Positions 43,701 to 53,523 of a stretch of DNA of 64,000 bases are shown in pieces. Below the pieces are notes generated by a model, which worked only from the letters and a program-made list of their open reading frames with translations, ran no database searches and had not been told where the DNA came from. Position numbers and translations under genes: made by a program. Every line of letters starts with the position of its first letter. Positions within the stretch are counted from its first letter, which is position 1. This stretch comes from Cyanobacteriota bacterium (GTDB taxonomy: Bacteria; Cyanobacteriota; Cyanobacteriia; Thermostichales; Thermostichaceae), in contig JANRIL010000048.1 of assembly GCA_033764955.1 (NCBI GenBank), forward strand, positions 73,267-137,266, in the 5' to 3' direction.

Positions 43701-45960
43701 CAACCTTAGAAGCTGTGATGTCCAACGAGACACCTGAGAGTTGAACAGCTTTACCAAATTCATTGCGTTTATAGTCTCCTATGCTAATCAACCAATGCAC
43801 ACTTTGATCTGGCCAAACCACCCGATACTCCACACAATACTGGGATCCATTTTGCAGTGCTTGATCTTGAGCCTGACTGATTTTCTGATGATCCTCAGGG
43901 TGCACACATTGCAAAAAACTTTCAAAATTTACTTCCTTGGTAGGTGGAATTCCCAGGAGAGCCGCCATTTCTGGTGACCATGATTCTGTTCCTGTTTCTA
44001 TATCCCAGTCCCAAACCCCCATATGGGCAGCTTGTAGAGCCAAACTGAGTTTGACCTGCTGATCAATCAACGCCATTTCTGCCTGCCGACGTGCCTGACC
44101 AGAACTCATGATCTCACCAGCCGTTTTGGCAAAATCAATATCATTGTCCATCCATTCCTGGGGAGATTTTAGTCGTTCCAGAGCTAAAATACCTCTTAAT
44201 TCCCCTTGATAATGTAAGGGGATATAGAGAATCGATTGAATGCCGAGATTATGCCATTCACTATAATTAAATTGGGAAGACTGAGATGAGCTGGGTTCTG
44301 TATTATCGACACGAACAATTTGCTGTTGCTGCATTTGTCGAAGAATACGTCCGAAACTCACGAGCGATTGATTTTGAGATTGTTCCAATGAAGAAGGGAT
44401 CCCTGGCTCCGTCCATTCATAGCTTTCTCGAATTAAACCCTCTTTATTGACATAGACAAATAAGCGAGAGCGATCCGCTTGAATGAACTCAGCAATCTGC
44501 TGCAAACTCCCCTGAATAGCTAATTCTAGGTTCTGTTCTACAAATAAACGAGCGATCCGGCTCAACCGTTTGCTGGCTTCAGTTTGGCGGGTTAAAGCCC
44601 TAGTACGCCGCTGTACTCGACTCTCTAATTCGGCATTATTGGCTTCCAGTTTTACAAAAGACTGTCGAAGCTGGAGAGCCATCTCATTAAACGACATTGC
44701 CAGCAGATCAAACTCTTCAATTCGCTGAGAAGGTAAGGGTTGCTGCCACTGAGCTGCTGCCATCTTGTGAGTCATTTGACTGATTAAACGGATGGGACGG
44801 GTAATCCAATGAGAGGTGGTCATTCCTAATGCGGTAGCCAACAAGAAAGCAAAGAGACAAAGCGCAAGCGTAATATAGCTATTGCGTTGAATATGTTCAG
44901 TAAAATCGGCCTGGGGGATTAAAATCACCACTAGCCAATCAATCCCTTTGTTGTCTTGAAAGGGGCTGATATGCAAGTAATATCGCTCTTGATCAATCCA
45001 TAGTTGATGGTGTTGAGATTGACGGATTTTTTCGAGAGTGGGGTAGTTTTTTTTCAGAAATTGAGCAGCTTCACGGATCCTTAAGTTCCCACTCGATTCG
45101 GCTGTCAACCGTTCTAGGGCAAGCCCCAATTTCAAAACCACTGGATCTGGAGTAGAAATCGCCACTAATAAACCCGAAGGCTCCATGATAAATAGGCTGC
45201 CCGATCGCCCAATCGAAAGGCGGCTGAGAAATTTTTGAATACCCGATAAATGTAGATCACTGCCTGTTACGGCCAATAGTTTTCCTTGGTTGTCATATAC
45301 AGGTCGAGCTGCCGTAATAGTCAACTCCTGCTCCAGGAAACTGGGATAAATTTCACTCCAAATAGGGCTTTTTGCTTGTAGTGCTGATTGATACCAGGGG
45401 CGTTGACGAGGATCAAAAGGTTGTTCTGAAGTGAGGACAATATTTTGCCGTTTTCCCTGTGGATCCACACTCCAACGGTTGAGTCGATTATTACCATTAT
45501 CGGATCCCGCACTGGAAATAACAGGCTTTCCTTCTAAATAAGTCGCTCCCCGATGGTGACCGTTAGGTTGCCCAATAAAAATAGAATTAACCTGATTAAA
45601 ATACTGAAGCTGTGTCAGTAGATAGCGATCGGACAATGGAATATTTTGCAGATCAAGGGATCCCAATTGCAGTTGTTGAGCATTCAGGTCATTGACTAAG
45701 AGTGGATCTGCCACATAATCTTGTAACTGATCAAGGGTATATTCGGCAATTTCTTCTTGCAGTTGTTCAGCTAAATCATTGATGGCTAACTGTCCATTGC
45801 GAAAGGAAATATAGCCGACGACCCCTACCACTAGAGTAATTTGCGCCATGAAAGGAAGTACCACCACCCACGATAACGGGATCCGCCCTTTGACCATTCC
45901 AGCGATTGGCGGGGCACCGGGTAACTTTTTGGGTAAATTTTTAGGTGCAGCGCTAGCCAT
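40732..45960 (-). CDS. Hybrid sensor histidine kinase (Cache-HAMP-GAF-multiple PAS-HisKA-HATPase-REC)
   Basis: DPRQRPWY (Cache), repeated HPED/HPDD PAS-PAC units, FLANMSHELRTP, NLIGNAIKFT, GTGLGL, WMDIQMP. Confidence 0.95.
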   Translation of the reverse strand: MASAAPKNLPKKLPGAPPIAGMVKGRIPLSWVVVLPFMAQITLVVGVVGYISFRNGQLAINDLAEQLQEEIAEYTLDQLQDYVADPLLVNDLNAQQLQLGSLDLQNIPLSDRYLLTQLQYFNQVNSIFIGQPNGHHRGATYLEGKPVISSAGSDNGNNRLNRWSVDPQGKRQNIVLTSEQPFDPRQRPWYQSALQAKSPIWSEIYPSFLEQELTITAARPVYDNQGKLLAVTGSDLHLSGIQKFLSRLSIGRSGSLFIMEPSGLLVAISTPDPVVLKLGLALERLTAESSGNLRIREAAQFLKKNYPTLEKIRQSQHHQLWIDQERYYLHISPFQDNKGIDWLVVILIPQADFTEHIQRNSYITLALCLFAFLLATALGMTTSHWITRPIRLISQMTHKMAAAQWQQPLPSQRIEEFDLLAMSFNEMALQLRQSFVKLEANNAELESRVQRRTRALTRQTEASKRLSRIARLFVEQNLELAIQGSLQQIAEFIQADRSRLFVYVNKEGLIRESYEWTEPGIPSSLEQSQNQSLVSFGRILRQMQQQQIVRVDNTEPSSSQSSQFNYSEWHNLGIQSILYIPLHYQGELRGILALERLKSPQEWMDNDIDFAKTAGEIMSSGQARRQAEMALIDQQVKLSLALQAAHMGVWDWDIETGTESWSPEMAALLGIPPTKEVNFESFLQCVHPEDHQKISQAQDQALQNGSQYCVEYRVVWPDQSVHWLISIGDYKRNEFGKAVQLSGVSLDITASKVAEQALIASEARFQLVTASINEGIWDWDLETNDVYFSPQWKSMLGYSDEEIPNLFSSWENLVHPEDIDGALSKVFAHLRGESSALNFEVRMRHRDGSYRWILSRAKITHRDELGNPKRLVGSHTDVTERKITEKSIHDQQTFLNRLIDTSPDLIVVKNWDNHTVLINQTAANFFGKTVQDSLGDTSEAFSAEDWRKWLLETRQVIVSGEDVQTPEECHWDAAGKEQWVQWVKRRIILPATGEPCVLMIGMDITRRKQAEAALAESEAQFRGIFENAPMGITLDTLDGKTLRVNPFLAQLLGYSVDELMPIHFHHYTHPDDVLAEEVLWNDLIAGKRNYYQLEKRCVRKDKQTIWTRLTVALINDQQGSPQLSLGILEDITARKKIEESIRQQREFLVTLLDTSPDLIVVRDRQNRTILANLAYAQFYGLNRNHLINSLESEHLLAEVWQQVILENQQVLSTGQELRSAEENQVNQQGEGRFLQWIKRPMQIPGEDQACVLTIGTDITELKKAEQIQQQAREVAEAANKAKSTFLANMSHELRTPLNAILGFSQLLSRDPHLTDKQKDTVATINRSGEHLLNLINSVLDMAKIEAGKIVLQESAFDLLTMLKTLQEMLNVRAKAKNIYLTFDLDPQLPTALITDENKLRQVLINLIGNAIKFTKAGGVTLQVRQLAKGDPCTIQFAVVDTGMGMTPEELSMLFQAFVQTDTSKKVSEGTGLGLAISREFVKLMGGDIHVTSQKGQGTTFSFPIQARRAEPAQIQDTGSQPKVIGLVAGQPSYRLLIVDDRPENQQVLAELLRLVGLNQIKTASNGQEAIDIWQAWDPHLIWMDIQMPVMDGNEATRYIKAHLGSRSTKIIALTASAFEQDRATILANGCDDFVGKPFRESMIFDKLSQHLGVQFVTESAPPSPSAVASTARELTSQDLAVMPRDWIQELHEAATKLNSKKINQLLAGIPGEHEHLTISLKTMVKKVRYRDLVALTQLSQTE

Positions 45961-46089
45961 AATCCAGGGATCCCCAGGGGTTTGCTAGCAGTATGCCTCA
46001 GAAATCTTGAGGTTGAAATCCATCCTGGACGTTCCTAACTCAACTCGATCCTGAAGGTGATCACCATCGATAGTAGATTGGATAGTCTG

Positions 46090-47133
46090 ATGACAACAGT
46101 TACCGTTGGCCAAACCTCCCCCAACCTTTATTGGATCCCGCTTGTGACGGCTGCTTTTGATCTGGGAGCACCACGGCAGGCTCAGCTTCTTGACGGCGGG
46201 TTAATTCAACAAACCTGGCGATTACAAACCGAGCGAGGAGTTTTTATTGCTCAAAAGTTACATCCCATTTTTGATGAACGGGTCACTCAGGATGGGCAAA
46301 TCATTGCAACCTTTCTCCGCCAACAGGGTCTACCCACCCCCACCTACCTGCTGACAACCACTGGCGAACTCCATACCCACCTACAGGAGGATCCCGTCAC
46401 CTCGGTTCTCTGGCGGGTGATGAACTGTCTACCTGGAATCAGTTATCCAAAACCGCCCCACATTGGTTATCTGGAACAAGCCGGAGCCACCACCGCCCAA
46501 CTGCATCACCTACTGGCTCAACTGGACTATCAGCCACAATTTCAAATTCCTCATTTTCATGACACCCCCTATATCTGGCAACAACTCCGTCAGCAATCTA
46601 TCCCTCCAGAAATTGCCCCAGAAGCTGATTTTTTGCTCTCCAGCGTGCCTAGCCTCTTCATAGAAGGGATCCCTAGCCAACTGATTCACGGCGATCTCAA
46701 ATTTTCTAATTTCCTGTTTGATGCCGCCGGACGGGTAAGCGGGCTTTTGGATTTTGATACCGTTATGCGCCATCATCTCTATCTGGAATTGGGGGATGCC
46801 CTGCGCTCCTGGACTACCCAGCAATCCCAGATGCATCTGCCCGCCCTTGTTGCCAGCCTCAAGGGTTATCAACAGGCTGCTAGTGCCACCACTACTGGAA
46901 AAGACTTAGATCAGCAGTTGATTGTGCAGGGTCTCAAGTTGATCACCCTAGAGCTAGCCATGCGCTTTTTGCAGGATTATTTTGATGACTACTATTGGGC
47001 TTGGGATCCCGGCCAATATCCCGACCGAAAATCCCACAATTTAGCCCGTTGTCGCCAACAAATTGCCCTTTTTCAAGATATCGTCCGCCAAGAATCGAGT
47101 ATCTATCAAGCTCTGGCTCAATTAAAATATTGA
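46090..47133 (+). CDS. APH/choline-kinase-like phosphotransferase
   Basis: GGLIQQTW, IHGDLKFSNFLF, LDFDT. Confidence 0.85.
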   Translation: MTTVTVGQTSPNLYWIPLVTAAFDLGAPRQAQLLDGGLIQQTWRLQTERGVFIAQKLHPIFDERVTQDGQIIATFLRQQGLPTPTYLLTTTGELHTHLQEDPVTSVLWRVMNCLPGISYPKPPHIGYLEQAGATTAQLHHLLAQLDYQPQFQIPHFHDTPYIWQQLRQQSIPPEIAPEADFLLSSVPSLFIEGIPSQLIHGDLKFSNFLFDAAGRVSGLLDFDTVMRHHLYLELGDALRSWTTQQSQMHLPALVASLKGYQQAASATTTGKDLDQQLIVQGLKLITLELAMRFLQDYFDDYYWAWDPGQYPDRKSHNLARCRQQIALFQDIVRQESSIYQALAQLKY

Positions 47134-47270
47134 GCTGCTTCATGCGGTAGAAGTTCGTTTTTTTCATCCACGTCAAGATAAGTGGAACGAGCATTTTCAA
47201 GTGAATGTTGAATCTGGTGAAATGGCAGACAGGAGTCTTTGTGGGTGTGGTGACGGTAGAGTATCTAGAA
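47134..47270 (+). pseudogene. C-terminal fragment of an HNH-endonuclease-family gene
   Basis: Translation EVRFFHPRQDKWNEHFQV resembles the LF(N/H)PRxxxWxEHF tail of HNH proteins; no start codon. Confidence 0.5.
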
Positions 47271-47515
47271 GTCAACAACCCCACCCACAAGGGTATAGGG
47301 CTTGTGATTCAAGTTCCCATCTCTGGGTAGACCACAATAGGCACATTGACTGATGCCCTGAGCTTTAGAAAATCCTCACGAATATTCACCGCAGCGTTGT
47401 AATCTCCATGACACTCATACCCACACTTCTTACACCGAAATTCAGCCTGAGACGGGCGATTCCCTCGCTCAATATGTCCGCATTGGCTGCATTTTTGCGC
47501 TGAATTGAGGACTGC
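47271..47515 (-). mobile_element. tnpB: IS200/IS605-family remnant: TnpB Zn-ribbon/RuvC-III fragment plus right end
   Basis: SAQKCSQCGH..NRPSQAEFRCKKCGY..HGDYNAAVNI followed by CAAGCCCTATACCCTTGTGGGTGGGGTTGTTGAC. Confidence 0.8.
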
Positions 47516-47622
47516 TGCCCACCGCTGATGGGAGGGGATCCGCCAATCACAAAACCCCATTGATTATTCAATCACTAGAACGGTGAGGGATCCCTTTTCT
47601 AGGAAGGTTTACCTGATGATGT

Positions 47623-48033
47623 TTATGCTTTGTGGAGAACCTGTTTGAAAAGTTGCCCCAAGGTTTTGACCAAACCGGGAGCGGCATCCGGTCTGACCTG
47701 AATTTGTTCCAACAATTCATGAAAATCAGCCATCAGAGATTGCTCAGCGGCACTAATCTGACTGTCTGCCATGATCAAATTGTGGATTGAAGCGGAGAGT
47801 TGGGAGCGTTGATCAAGGGTAGCCCCAGCCAGATAATCGACAATCCAGCGTTCTGTCTCTGGCAAAGGCACAGGATGATTGAGCAAAGACTGTAGCTCCA
47901 GGTTGTCTGCCAAATGATTTTGTCGCAACAATCCCCGCAAATACTGTTGTTCCACAGGTGCGAGGGTGTCATCCACCCAGGCTGCCCCAATCACAATTTT
48001 CAGCAATAACAGTTGGCGATTGTGTGCATCCAT
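47623..48033 (-). CDS. TerB-family protein (second paralog)
   Basis: GAAWVDDTLAPVE, LIMADSQISAAE. Confidence 0.8.
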   Translation of the reverse strand: MDAHNRQLLLLKIVIGAAWVDDTLAPVEQQYLRGLLRQNHLADNLELQSLLNHPVPLPETERWIVDYLAGATLDQRSQLSASIHNLIMADSQISAAEQSLMADFHELLEQIQVRPDAAPGLVKTLGQLFKQVLHKA

Positions 48034-48202
48034 AGTGGGTCAGGGGGAGAGGGATCCCACAATCTCTAGCCTTGTAGGTTGGCTGAGTCGGTCGGGTTGG
48101 GATGAGAGAACCTTAGCATTGTCCCGTGGAAAGTTGATAGCGTGTTAGCAGATCCTCCGGGATTCTGGTTTTTGTCTGGCTCAGTAATAACGGCATCAGT
48201 CT

Positions 48203-49213
48203 ATGTCAGTGGCGGTTTTGGTTGAGCATTTACACAAGCGTTACGGCGAAGCGGTAGCGGTGGCGGATGTATCTTTTGCCGTAGAAACGGGGGAGATCTT
48301 TGGTTTGTTAGGGCCAAATGGAGCAGGCAAAACCACCACCCTGCACTGTCTTTGCACCCTGCAACGGGCGGACGCAGGGACAATCCTAGTGGGCGGGATC
48401 CCGGTCAATCAACAGCCGCGTGTCGTTCGCCAAAAACTGGGGTTTGTCGCTCAGGAGGTGGCTCTGGATAAAGTGTTAACGGGGCGAGAGTTGCTGCAAC
48501 TACAAGCGGATCTCTATCATCTGCCCCGTGCGGTCGCCAAGTCGCGCATTGCCGAAGTTCTGAAATTGTTGGATTTGACGGAGCGGGCGGATGATCTGAC
48601 GGGCATTTATTCGGGAGGATTACGCAAACGGTTGGATCTGGCGGCGGGCTTGCTGCATCAACCGCAGGTTTTGGTGCTGGATGAACCCACGGTGGGGCTG
48701 GATATTCAAAGCCGTCTGACCATCTGGAATTTTCTGCGGCAACTCAAGCAGATGGGCGTTACGGTGTTGATCACCAGTCACTATCTGGAAGAGATAGATA
48801 TGTTAGCGGATCGCTTGGCGATTATCGATAAAGGACGGGTGATTGCCCAGGGATCCCCAGCCCAACTCAAGGCAGAAGTCGGGGGGGATCGGTTGACGCT
48901 GAGAATTCAGGAGTTTACTCCCCTTGACCAGGCGAATCAGGCCGCCACTCTCCTCCAATCCCTGGATTTTGTGCAAAAGATTGTGATCAATCCCGCCCAG
49001 GGAAATGCTCTAAACCTTGTGGTCAAAGCGGGGGGAGGGATCCCGCAGGTGCAGGCCCACCTTGATTCCGTCGGGCTGCCCATCTTCAGCATCAGTCAGT
49101 CTCGCCCCAGCTTGGATGATGTCTATTTGGCGGCCACCGGACAAACCTTAATGGATGCCGAATTAGCCGCAGCAGAAGCCAGTGGCAAAGGCAAATCGAA
49201 AAAGTCACCCTGA
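48203..49213 (+). CDS. ABC-2 type (DrrA-like) ATP-binding protein
   Basis: GPNGAGKTT, YSGGLRKR, LDEPTVGLD, PSLDDVYL. Confidence 0.92.
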   Translation: MSVAVLVEHLHKRYGEAVAVADVSFAVETGEIFGLLGPNGAGKTTTLHCLCTLQRADAGTILVGGIPVNQQPRVVRQKLGFVAQEVALDKVLTGRELLQLQADLYHLPRAVAKSRIAEVLKLLDLTERADDLTGIYSGGLRKRLDLAAGLLHQPQVLVLDEPTVGLDIQSRLTIWNFLRQLKQMGVTVLITSHYLEEIDMLADRLAIIDKGRVIAQGSPAQLKAEVGGDRLTLRIQEFTPLDQANQAATLLQSLDFVQKIVINPAQGNALNLVVKAGGGIPQVQAHLDSVGLPIFSISQSRPSLDDVYLAATGQTLMDAELAAAEASGKGKSKKSP

Positions 49214-49258
49214 AAGATTGGCTTATAGAGAACTTGACCCGTTTGGGGATCCCTAAAA

Positions 49259-51061
49259 ATGATGAGAATGGCTAACCCGATCGGGACTTCTGACCAGCAA
49301 GCCCACCACCAGATCCCAGCCCTGTGGCGAATGTTGCACTATTTGCGACCCTATCGGCAAGAGATCCCTTGGGCCCTGACCCTGGTGGCGATGGGGGCTT
49401 TTACCCAGTCCCTTGGCCCTTTTTTAATTGGTTGGTCGGTGGATCACCTGATTGGGCAAGGGCGTCTTTGGGGCTTGCTCAGCATGATGGTGGCGCTTGC
49501 GGCCATCTATATCGCTGGGATTGTAGCGATTCGGGGGCAAATTCTGCGGGTGGGATCCCTGATGCAACGCCTGTTAACCGCGATGCGCCAAGATCTTTTT
49601 CAGAAAATCCAAAGCCTGCCCCTGAGTTATTTTGACCGGAGTGAATCGGGCGATGTGATGAGTCGTCTCCTCAACGATGTCAGTGTGGTCAACCAAACCT
49701 TTGGGCAGGGGGTGGCGCAAATGCTGGGCAACCTGTTTAGCTTGGTGGGCATTGTTATCGCCATGTTCGCCATTAACCTGCAACTGGGCATTGTCAGTAA
49801 TTTTGTTGTGCCTGTGATGATCGTCACTACGGGGCTTTTTTCTCGGTGGGCACGCAGCCGCTTTCGGGTAACCCGCCAGACCATCGGAGATCTTTCCGTC
49901 CGCATTGAAGAAGATTTGGGCAGTGTGCGGGAGGCACAAGCCTTTAACCGTGTGCAACTGAACATTGATGAATTTAAGCGACTGAATGCAGCCAACCGTG
50001 ATGCCAACGTCGAAGCCGTCAAAATTACCTCGGCGTTTTTGCCCTCCATTGACTTTCTCAATACCCTCGCCACCGGAGCTGTCTTAGCCTATGGCGGCTA
50101 TCTCACCGTATCGGGATCCGCCACCGTCGGTACCGTGACGGCTTTTTTGCTCTATGTTCAACAGTTTTTCCGCCCCATTCAAATTATCAGTCAATTTTAT
50201 ACCCAGGCTCAGTCGGCGTTGGCGGGAGCCGAGCGCATCTTTCGTCTCTTGGATGAACCTGCCGCCCTTCAGGACGATCCACAGGCGATAGAACTGCCCC
50301 CCATCACCGGAGCGGTTACGTTGGCAGGGGTCTCCTTCGGTTATCAACCGGATCAGATGATCCTCAAACAGGTCAGTCTCGAAGCAAAACCTGGGCAAAT
50401 GATCGCTCTCGTCGGGCCAACCGGAGCCGGGAAAAGCACAATTATCAGCCTGATCCTACGGTTTTATGATGTCCTGGAAGGCTCGGTTCAAGTGGATGGC
50501 TATGATGTGCGAACCGTCACCCAGGCCAGTCTACGGCGGCAAATTGGTATGGTGCTACAAGATAACCTGTTGTTCAATACCACCGTCGCCGAAAATATCG
50601 CCTTTGGCAAACCCACCGCCAGTCAAGCGGAGATCGAAGCCGCCGCCCAAGTGGCGAATGTGCATGAATTTATCACCCAGTTACCGGAGGGATATGCCAC
50701 CGTCTTGGGGGAACGGGGATCCCATCTCAGCCAGGGACAACGACAACTGATCAGCATCGCCAGAGCGGTCTTAGTGGATCCGCGCATCCTGATTTTGGAT
50801 GAAGCCACCAGCAGTCTGGACACCCGCACCGAAAGCCTTGTGCAGGAAGCCCTGGCTCGTTTGTGGGTGAACCGCACCAGTTTTGTGATTGCCCACCGCC
50901 TCAGCACTGTGGCTCGTGCCGATCAGGTTTTGGTGATTCAACAGGGGGAAATTGTGGAACGGGGATCCCATCAAGAATTGTTGGAACATCAAGGGGTTTA
51001 TGCCAATCTTTATGCCCTGCAACTGGGATCCGTTAATACCTCCACACTGGCTGTTTTATGA
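49259..51061 (+). CDS. ABC exporter, fused permease/ATPase (MdlB-like)
   Basis: N-terminal TMD, GPTGAGKST, LSQGQRQ, LDEATSSLD. Confidence 0.93.
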   Translation: MMRMANPIGTSDQQAHHQIPALWRMLHYLRPYRQEIPWALTLVAMGAFTQSLGPFLIGWSVDHLIGQGRLWGLLSMMVALAAIYIAGIVAIRGQILRVGSLMQRLLTAMRQDLFQKIQSLPLSYFDRSESGDVMSRLLNDVSVVNQTFGQGVAQMLGNLFSLVGIVIAMFAINLQLGIVSNFVVPVMIVTTGLFSRWARSRFRVTRQTIGDLSVRIEEDLGSVREAQAFNRVQLNIDEFKRLNAANRDANVEAVKITSAFLPSIDFLNTLATGAVLAYGGYLTVSGSATVGTVTAFLLYVQQFFRPIQIISQFYTQAQSALAGAERIFRLLDEPAALQDDPQAIELPPITGAVTLAGVSFGYQPDQMILKQVSLEAKPGQMIALVGPTGAGKSTIISLILRFYDVLEGSVQVDGYDVRTVTQASLRRQIGMVLQDNLLFNTTVAENIAFGKPTASQAEIEAAAQVANVHEFITQLPEGYATVLGERGSHLSQGQRQLISIARAVLVDPRILILDEATSSLDTRTESLVQEALARLWVNRTSFVIAHRLSTVARADQVLVIQQGEIVERGSHQELLEHQGVYANLYALQLGSVNTSTLAVL

Positions 51062-51148
51062 GAGAGCTATTTTGGCGAACAGACCCTCTTGTGATAAAAC
51101 CTAGGCATTAAAGCTTGTTGGTTCTTCCCCACCCCCGGAGTTGCTGCT

Positions 51149-52216
51149 ATGCAGAATCGTCTACCCAGCTATCTAGCAACCTATCTGGGGTTGATCCTGA
51201 CCTTTTGCCTGTTGGTAACGGGGTGCGGAGGATCCCCAACCGGCGTAGCCAATAGCCCCTTCTCGGACAACATTGCCCCGACAAGTCTAGAAGTGGATCC
51301 CAAAGCCAATCCCTCCGCCTACAACATTCAAGTTCGCTTCCCTGACAACAGCCTGAGTGCGGGTCAGCAACAAATTTTTACAGAAGCCGCCGCTAAATGG
51401 GAAACCATCATCACGGGCGATCTACCGGATGTGCGGTTTATTCGACGGCGGGGAGCGGGGGGCTGTGTTGCCCGCTTTACGGCTCAGGTTGTGGATGATA
51501 TTTTGATCGACGCCACAGCTCCCAGTATTGATGGCGTGGGCGGGATCCTGGGGCAAGCTGGCCCCTGTTATCTGCGTAACGACAGCCAGTTAACCATCTA
51601 CGGCATCATGGAGTTTGACAGTGCGGATTTGGCCAACCTGCAATCGACCGGATATTTAGATGCCGTGATTCTGCACGAAATGGGGCATGTGTTAGGTCTG
51701 GGCACACTGTGGGATACCTTTGGTCTCTTGGAAGGCAGTGAACCTTTTCCAGTCATTCAACCCACGCCGAATCCTTCTCCCTCCCCCGGTTACAACCCCC
51801 GCTACATTGGAGCCTCCGGTGTAGCTCAATACAAAATCCTGAGTGGGCCGGATGACGATATTCCTGTGGAAGATTGTGAAGATCTGCCGGATGCCCAAAG
51901 ATCTACCTGTGGAGCGGGGACACGGGATGGTCACTGGAAGGAATCGATTTTTGATAACGAATTGATGACCGGATATCTCAATGCCGCCAATGGGGGATCC
52001 CGTCCCCTGAGCATCATATCGGCGGGTCATTTTGCTGATATGGGCTATCAGGTGAATGTAGGAGCGGCAGATGATTATAGTTTGCCAGACGCTAAGCTGG
52101 CTCGTCGCCGCGAGTGGGGATCCTGGTTGGCGCTCCCCTCCGACATCCTGCGCTTTCCCCTCACGCTGGTGGATCGGGACGGCAATGATGTGGGGATTTT
52201 AGATAGCCGCCGTTAA
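51149..52216 (+). CDS. Lipoprotein zinc metalloprotease, leishmanolysin (M8)-like
   Basis: Lipobox LVTGC, ILGQAGP, HEMGHVLGLG, GHW.E...NELMTG. Confidence 0.8.
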   Translation: MQNRLPSYLATYLGLILTFCLLVTGCGGSPTGVANSPFSDNIAPTSLEVDPKANPSAYNIQVRFPDNSLSAGQQQIFTEAAAKWETIITGDLPDVRFIRRRGAGGCVARFTAQVVDDILIDATAPSIDGVGGILGQAGPCYLRNDSQLTIYGIMEFDSADLANLQSTGYLDAVILHEMGHVLGLGTLWDTFGLLEGSEPFPVIQPTPNPSPSPGYNPRYIGASGVAQYKILSGPDDDIPVEDCEDLPDAQRSTCGAGTRDGHWKESIFDNELMTGYLNAANGGSRPLSIISAGHFADMGYQVNVGAADDYSLPDAKLARRREWGSWLALPSDILRFPLTLVDRDGNDVGILDSRR

Positions 52217-52292
52217 GCTGCTGCGGATTCCCTTTCCCTGGCGAGTCGGTGTTTAATAGCCAATACTAAGCTGTGAAGGGATCCCTTGCCGG

Positions 52293-53240
52293 ATGCGAGA
52301 ACTCTACCCGCCCATTACGCCCTACCACCAATTCTCCCTAGCCGTCTCTGATCTACACACCCTCTATGTGGAGGAATGTGGGAATCCCCAGGGCAAGCCC
52401 GTGGTGTTTTTGCATGGAGGGCCAGGGGGGGGGATCGATCCCATCTATCGGCAATACTTTGATCCTCAACAATGGCGGGTGATCCTATTTGATCAGCGGG
52501 GCTGTGGACGCAGCACTCCCCATGCCGAACTGAGGCAGAACACTACTTGGGATTTGGTGGCGGATATCGAGCGGATTCGAGAGCATTTAGGGATCCGACA
52601 GTGGGTAGTCTTTGGGGGCAGTTGGGGGAGTACACTCGCTCTGGCCTACAGCCAAACCCATCCGGATCACTGCCGTGGGTTGATCCTGCGGGGGATCTTT
52701 TTGCTGAGACGAAAAGAGATTCAGTGGTTTTATCAGGAAGGAACCAGTTATGTCTATCCCGATGCCTGGGAAAAGTATCTGGAGCCGATTCCCCCAGAGG
52801 AACGCCAGGATCTCGTGGCAGCTTATTACCGCCGTTTGACCAGTGAGGATCCGGCTATTCGCCGCAGAGCGGCGCAGGCATGGTCAGTGTGGGAAGCCAG
52901 CACCAGCAAGCTGATCCCCAACCTTGATTTGATGGCTAAGTTTGCGGGGGAGGCATTTGCTGAAGCGTTTGCCCGCATTGAATGCCACTATTTCATGAAC
53001 CACGGCTTTTTGGATCCCGATGATCAACTGCTCCGTCATGTGGAGCGGATCCGCCATATTCCAGGGGTGATCGTGCAGGGGCGCTATGACGTGGTTTGTC
53101 CGCCCGTTTCCGCCTGGGAACTGCATCGGGCATGGCCGGAGGCTGAGTTTCATCTGATCCCTGATGCCGGCCATTCTATGACCGAACCGGGCATTCGCAG
53201 TGCTTTGATCGAGGCCACCGATGCATTTATCAATTTATAG
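52293..53240 (+). CDS. pip: Proline iminopeptidase
   Basis: LHGGPGGG, FDQRGCG, FGGSWG, QGRYDVVCP. Confidence 0.95.
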   Translation: MRELYPPITPYHQFSLAVSDLHTLYVEECGNPQGKPVVFLHGGPGGGIDPIYRQYFDPQQWRVILFDQRGCGRSTPHAELRQNTTWDLVADIERIREHLGIRQWVVFGGSWGSTLALAYSQTHPDHCRGLILRGIFLLRRKEIQWFYQEGTSYVYPDAWEKYLEPIPPEERQDLVAAYYRRLTSEDPAIRRRAAQAWSVWEASTSKLIPNLDLMAKFAGEAFAEAFARIECHYFMNHGFLDPDDQLLRHVERIRHIPGVIVQGRYDVVCPPVSAWELHRAWPEAEFHLIPDAGHSMTEPGIRSALIEATDAFINL

Positions 53241-53271
53241 AGGTTATGAAGGGGCTTGCAAAAAGCTCAGC

Positions 53272-53496
53272 TTAGGATCCCGTCTGGATCGCTCCATCCT
53301 GCACCCGAATGAGGCGAGAAGCCTGTTTGGCAACATCTGCATCGTGGGTCACCAAAGCCAGGGTGATGCCTTGCTGATTGAGATCGGCAAGCAGTTGCAT
53401 AACATCCGCCGAAGTCTGGCTATCCAGGGGTTTCATACTCCTCTGATCCTGAGGATTGTCTGCCAAAGACCGGATAACTCCAGTTAAGATGAGCAA
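53272..53496 (-). pseudogene. C-terminal fragment of a LolD/MacB-type ABC ATPase
   Basis: LDSQTS..VMQLL.DLNQQGIT..LVTHD; no Walker A or signature motif. Confidence 0.6.
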
Positions 53497-53523
53497 AAGT
53501 ATTAGTTTTCGGGTATTGCTACT

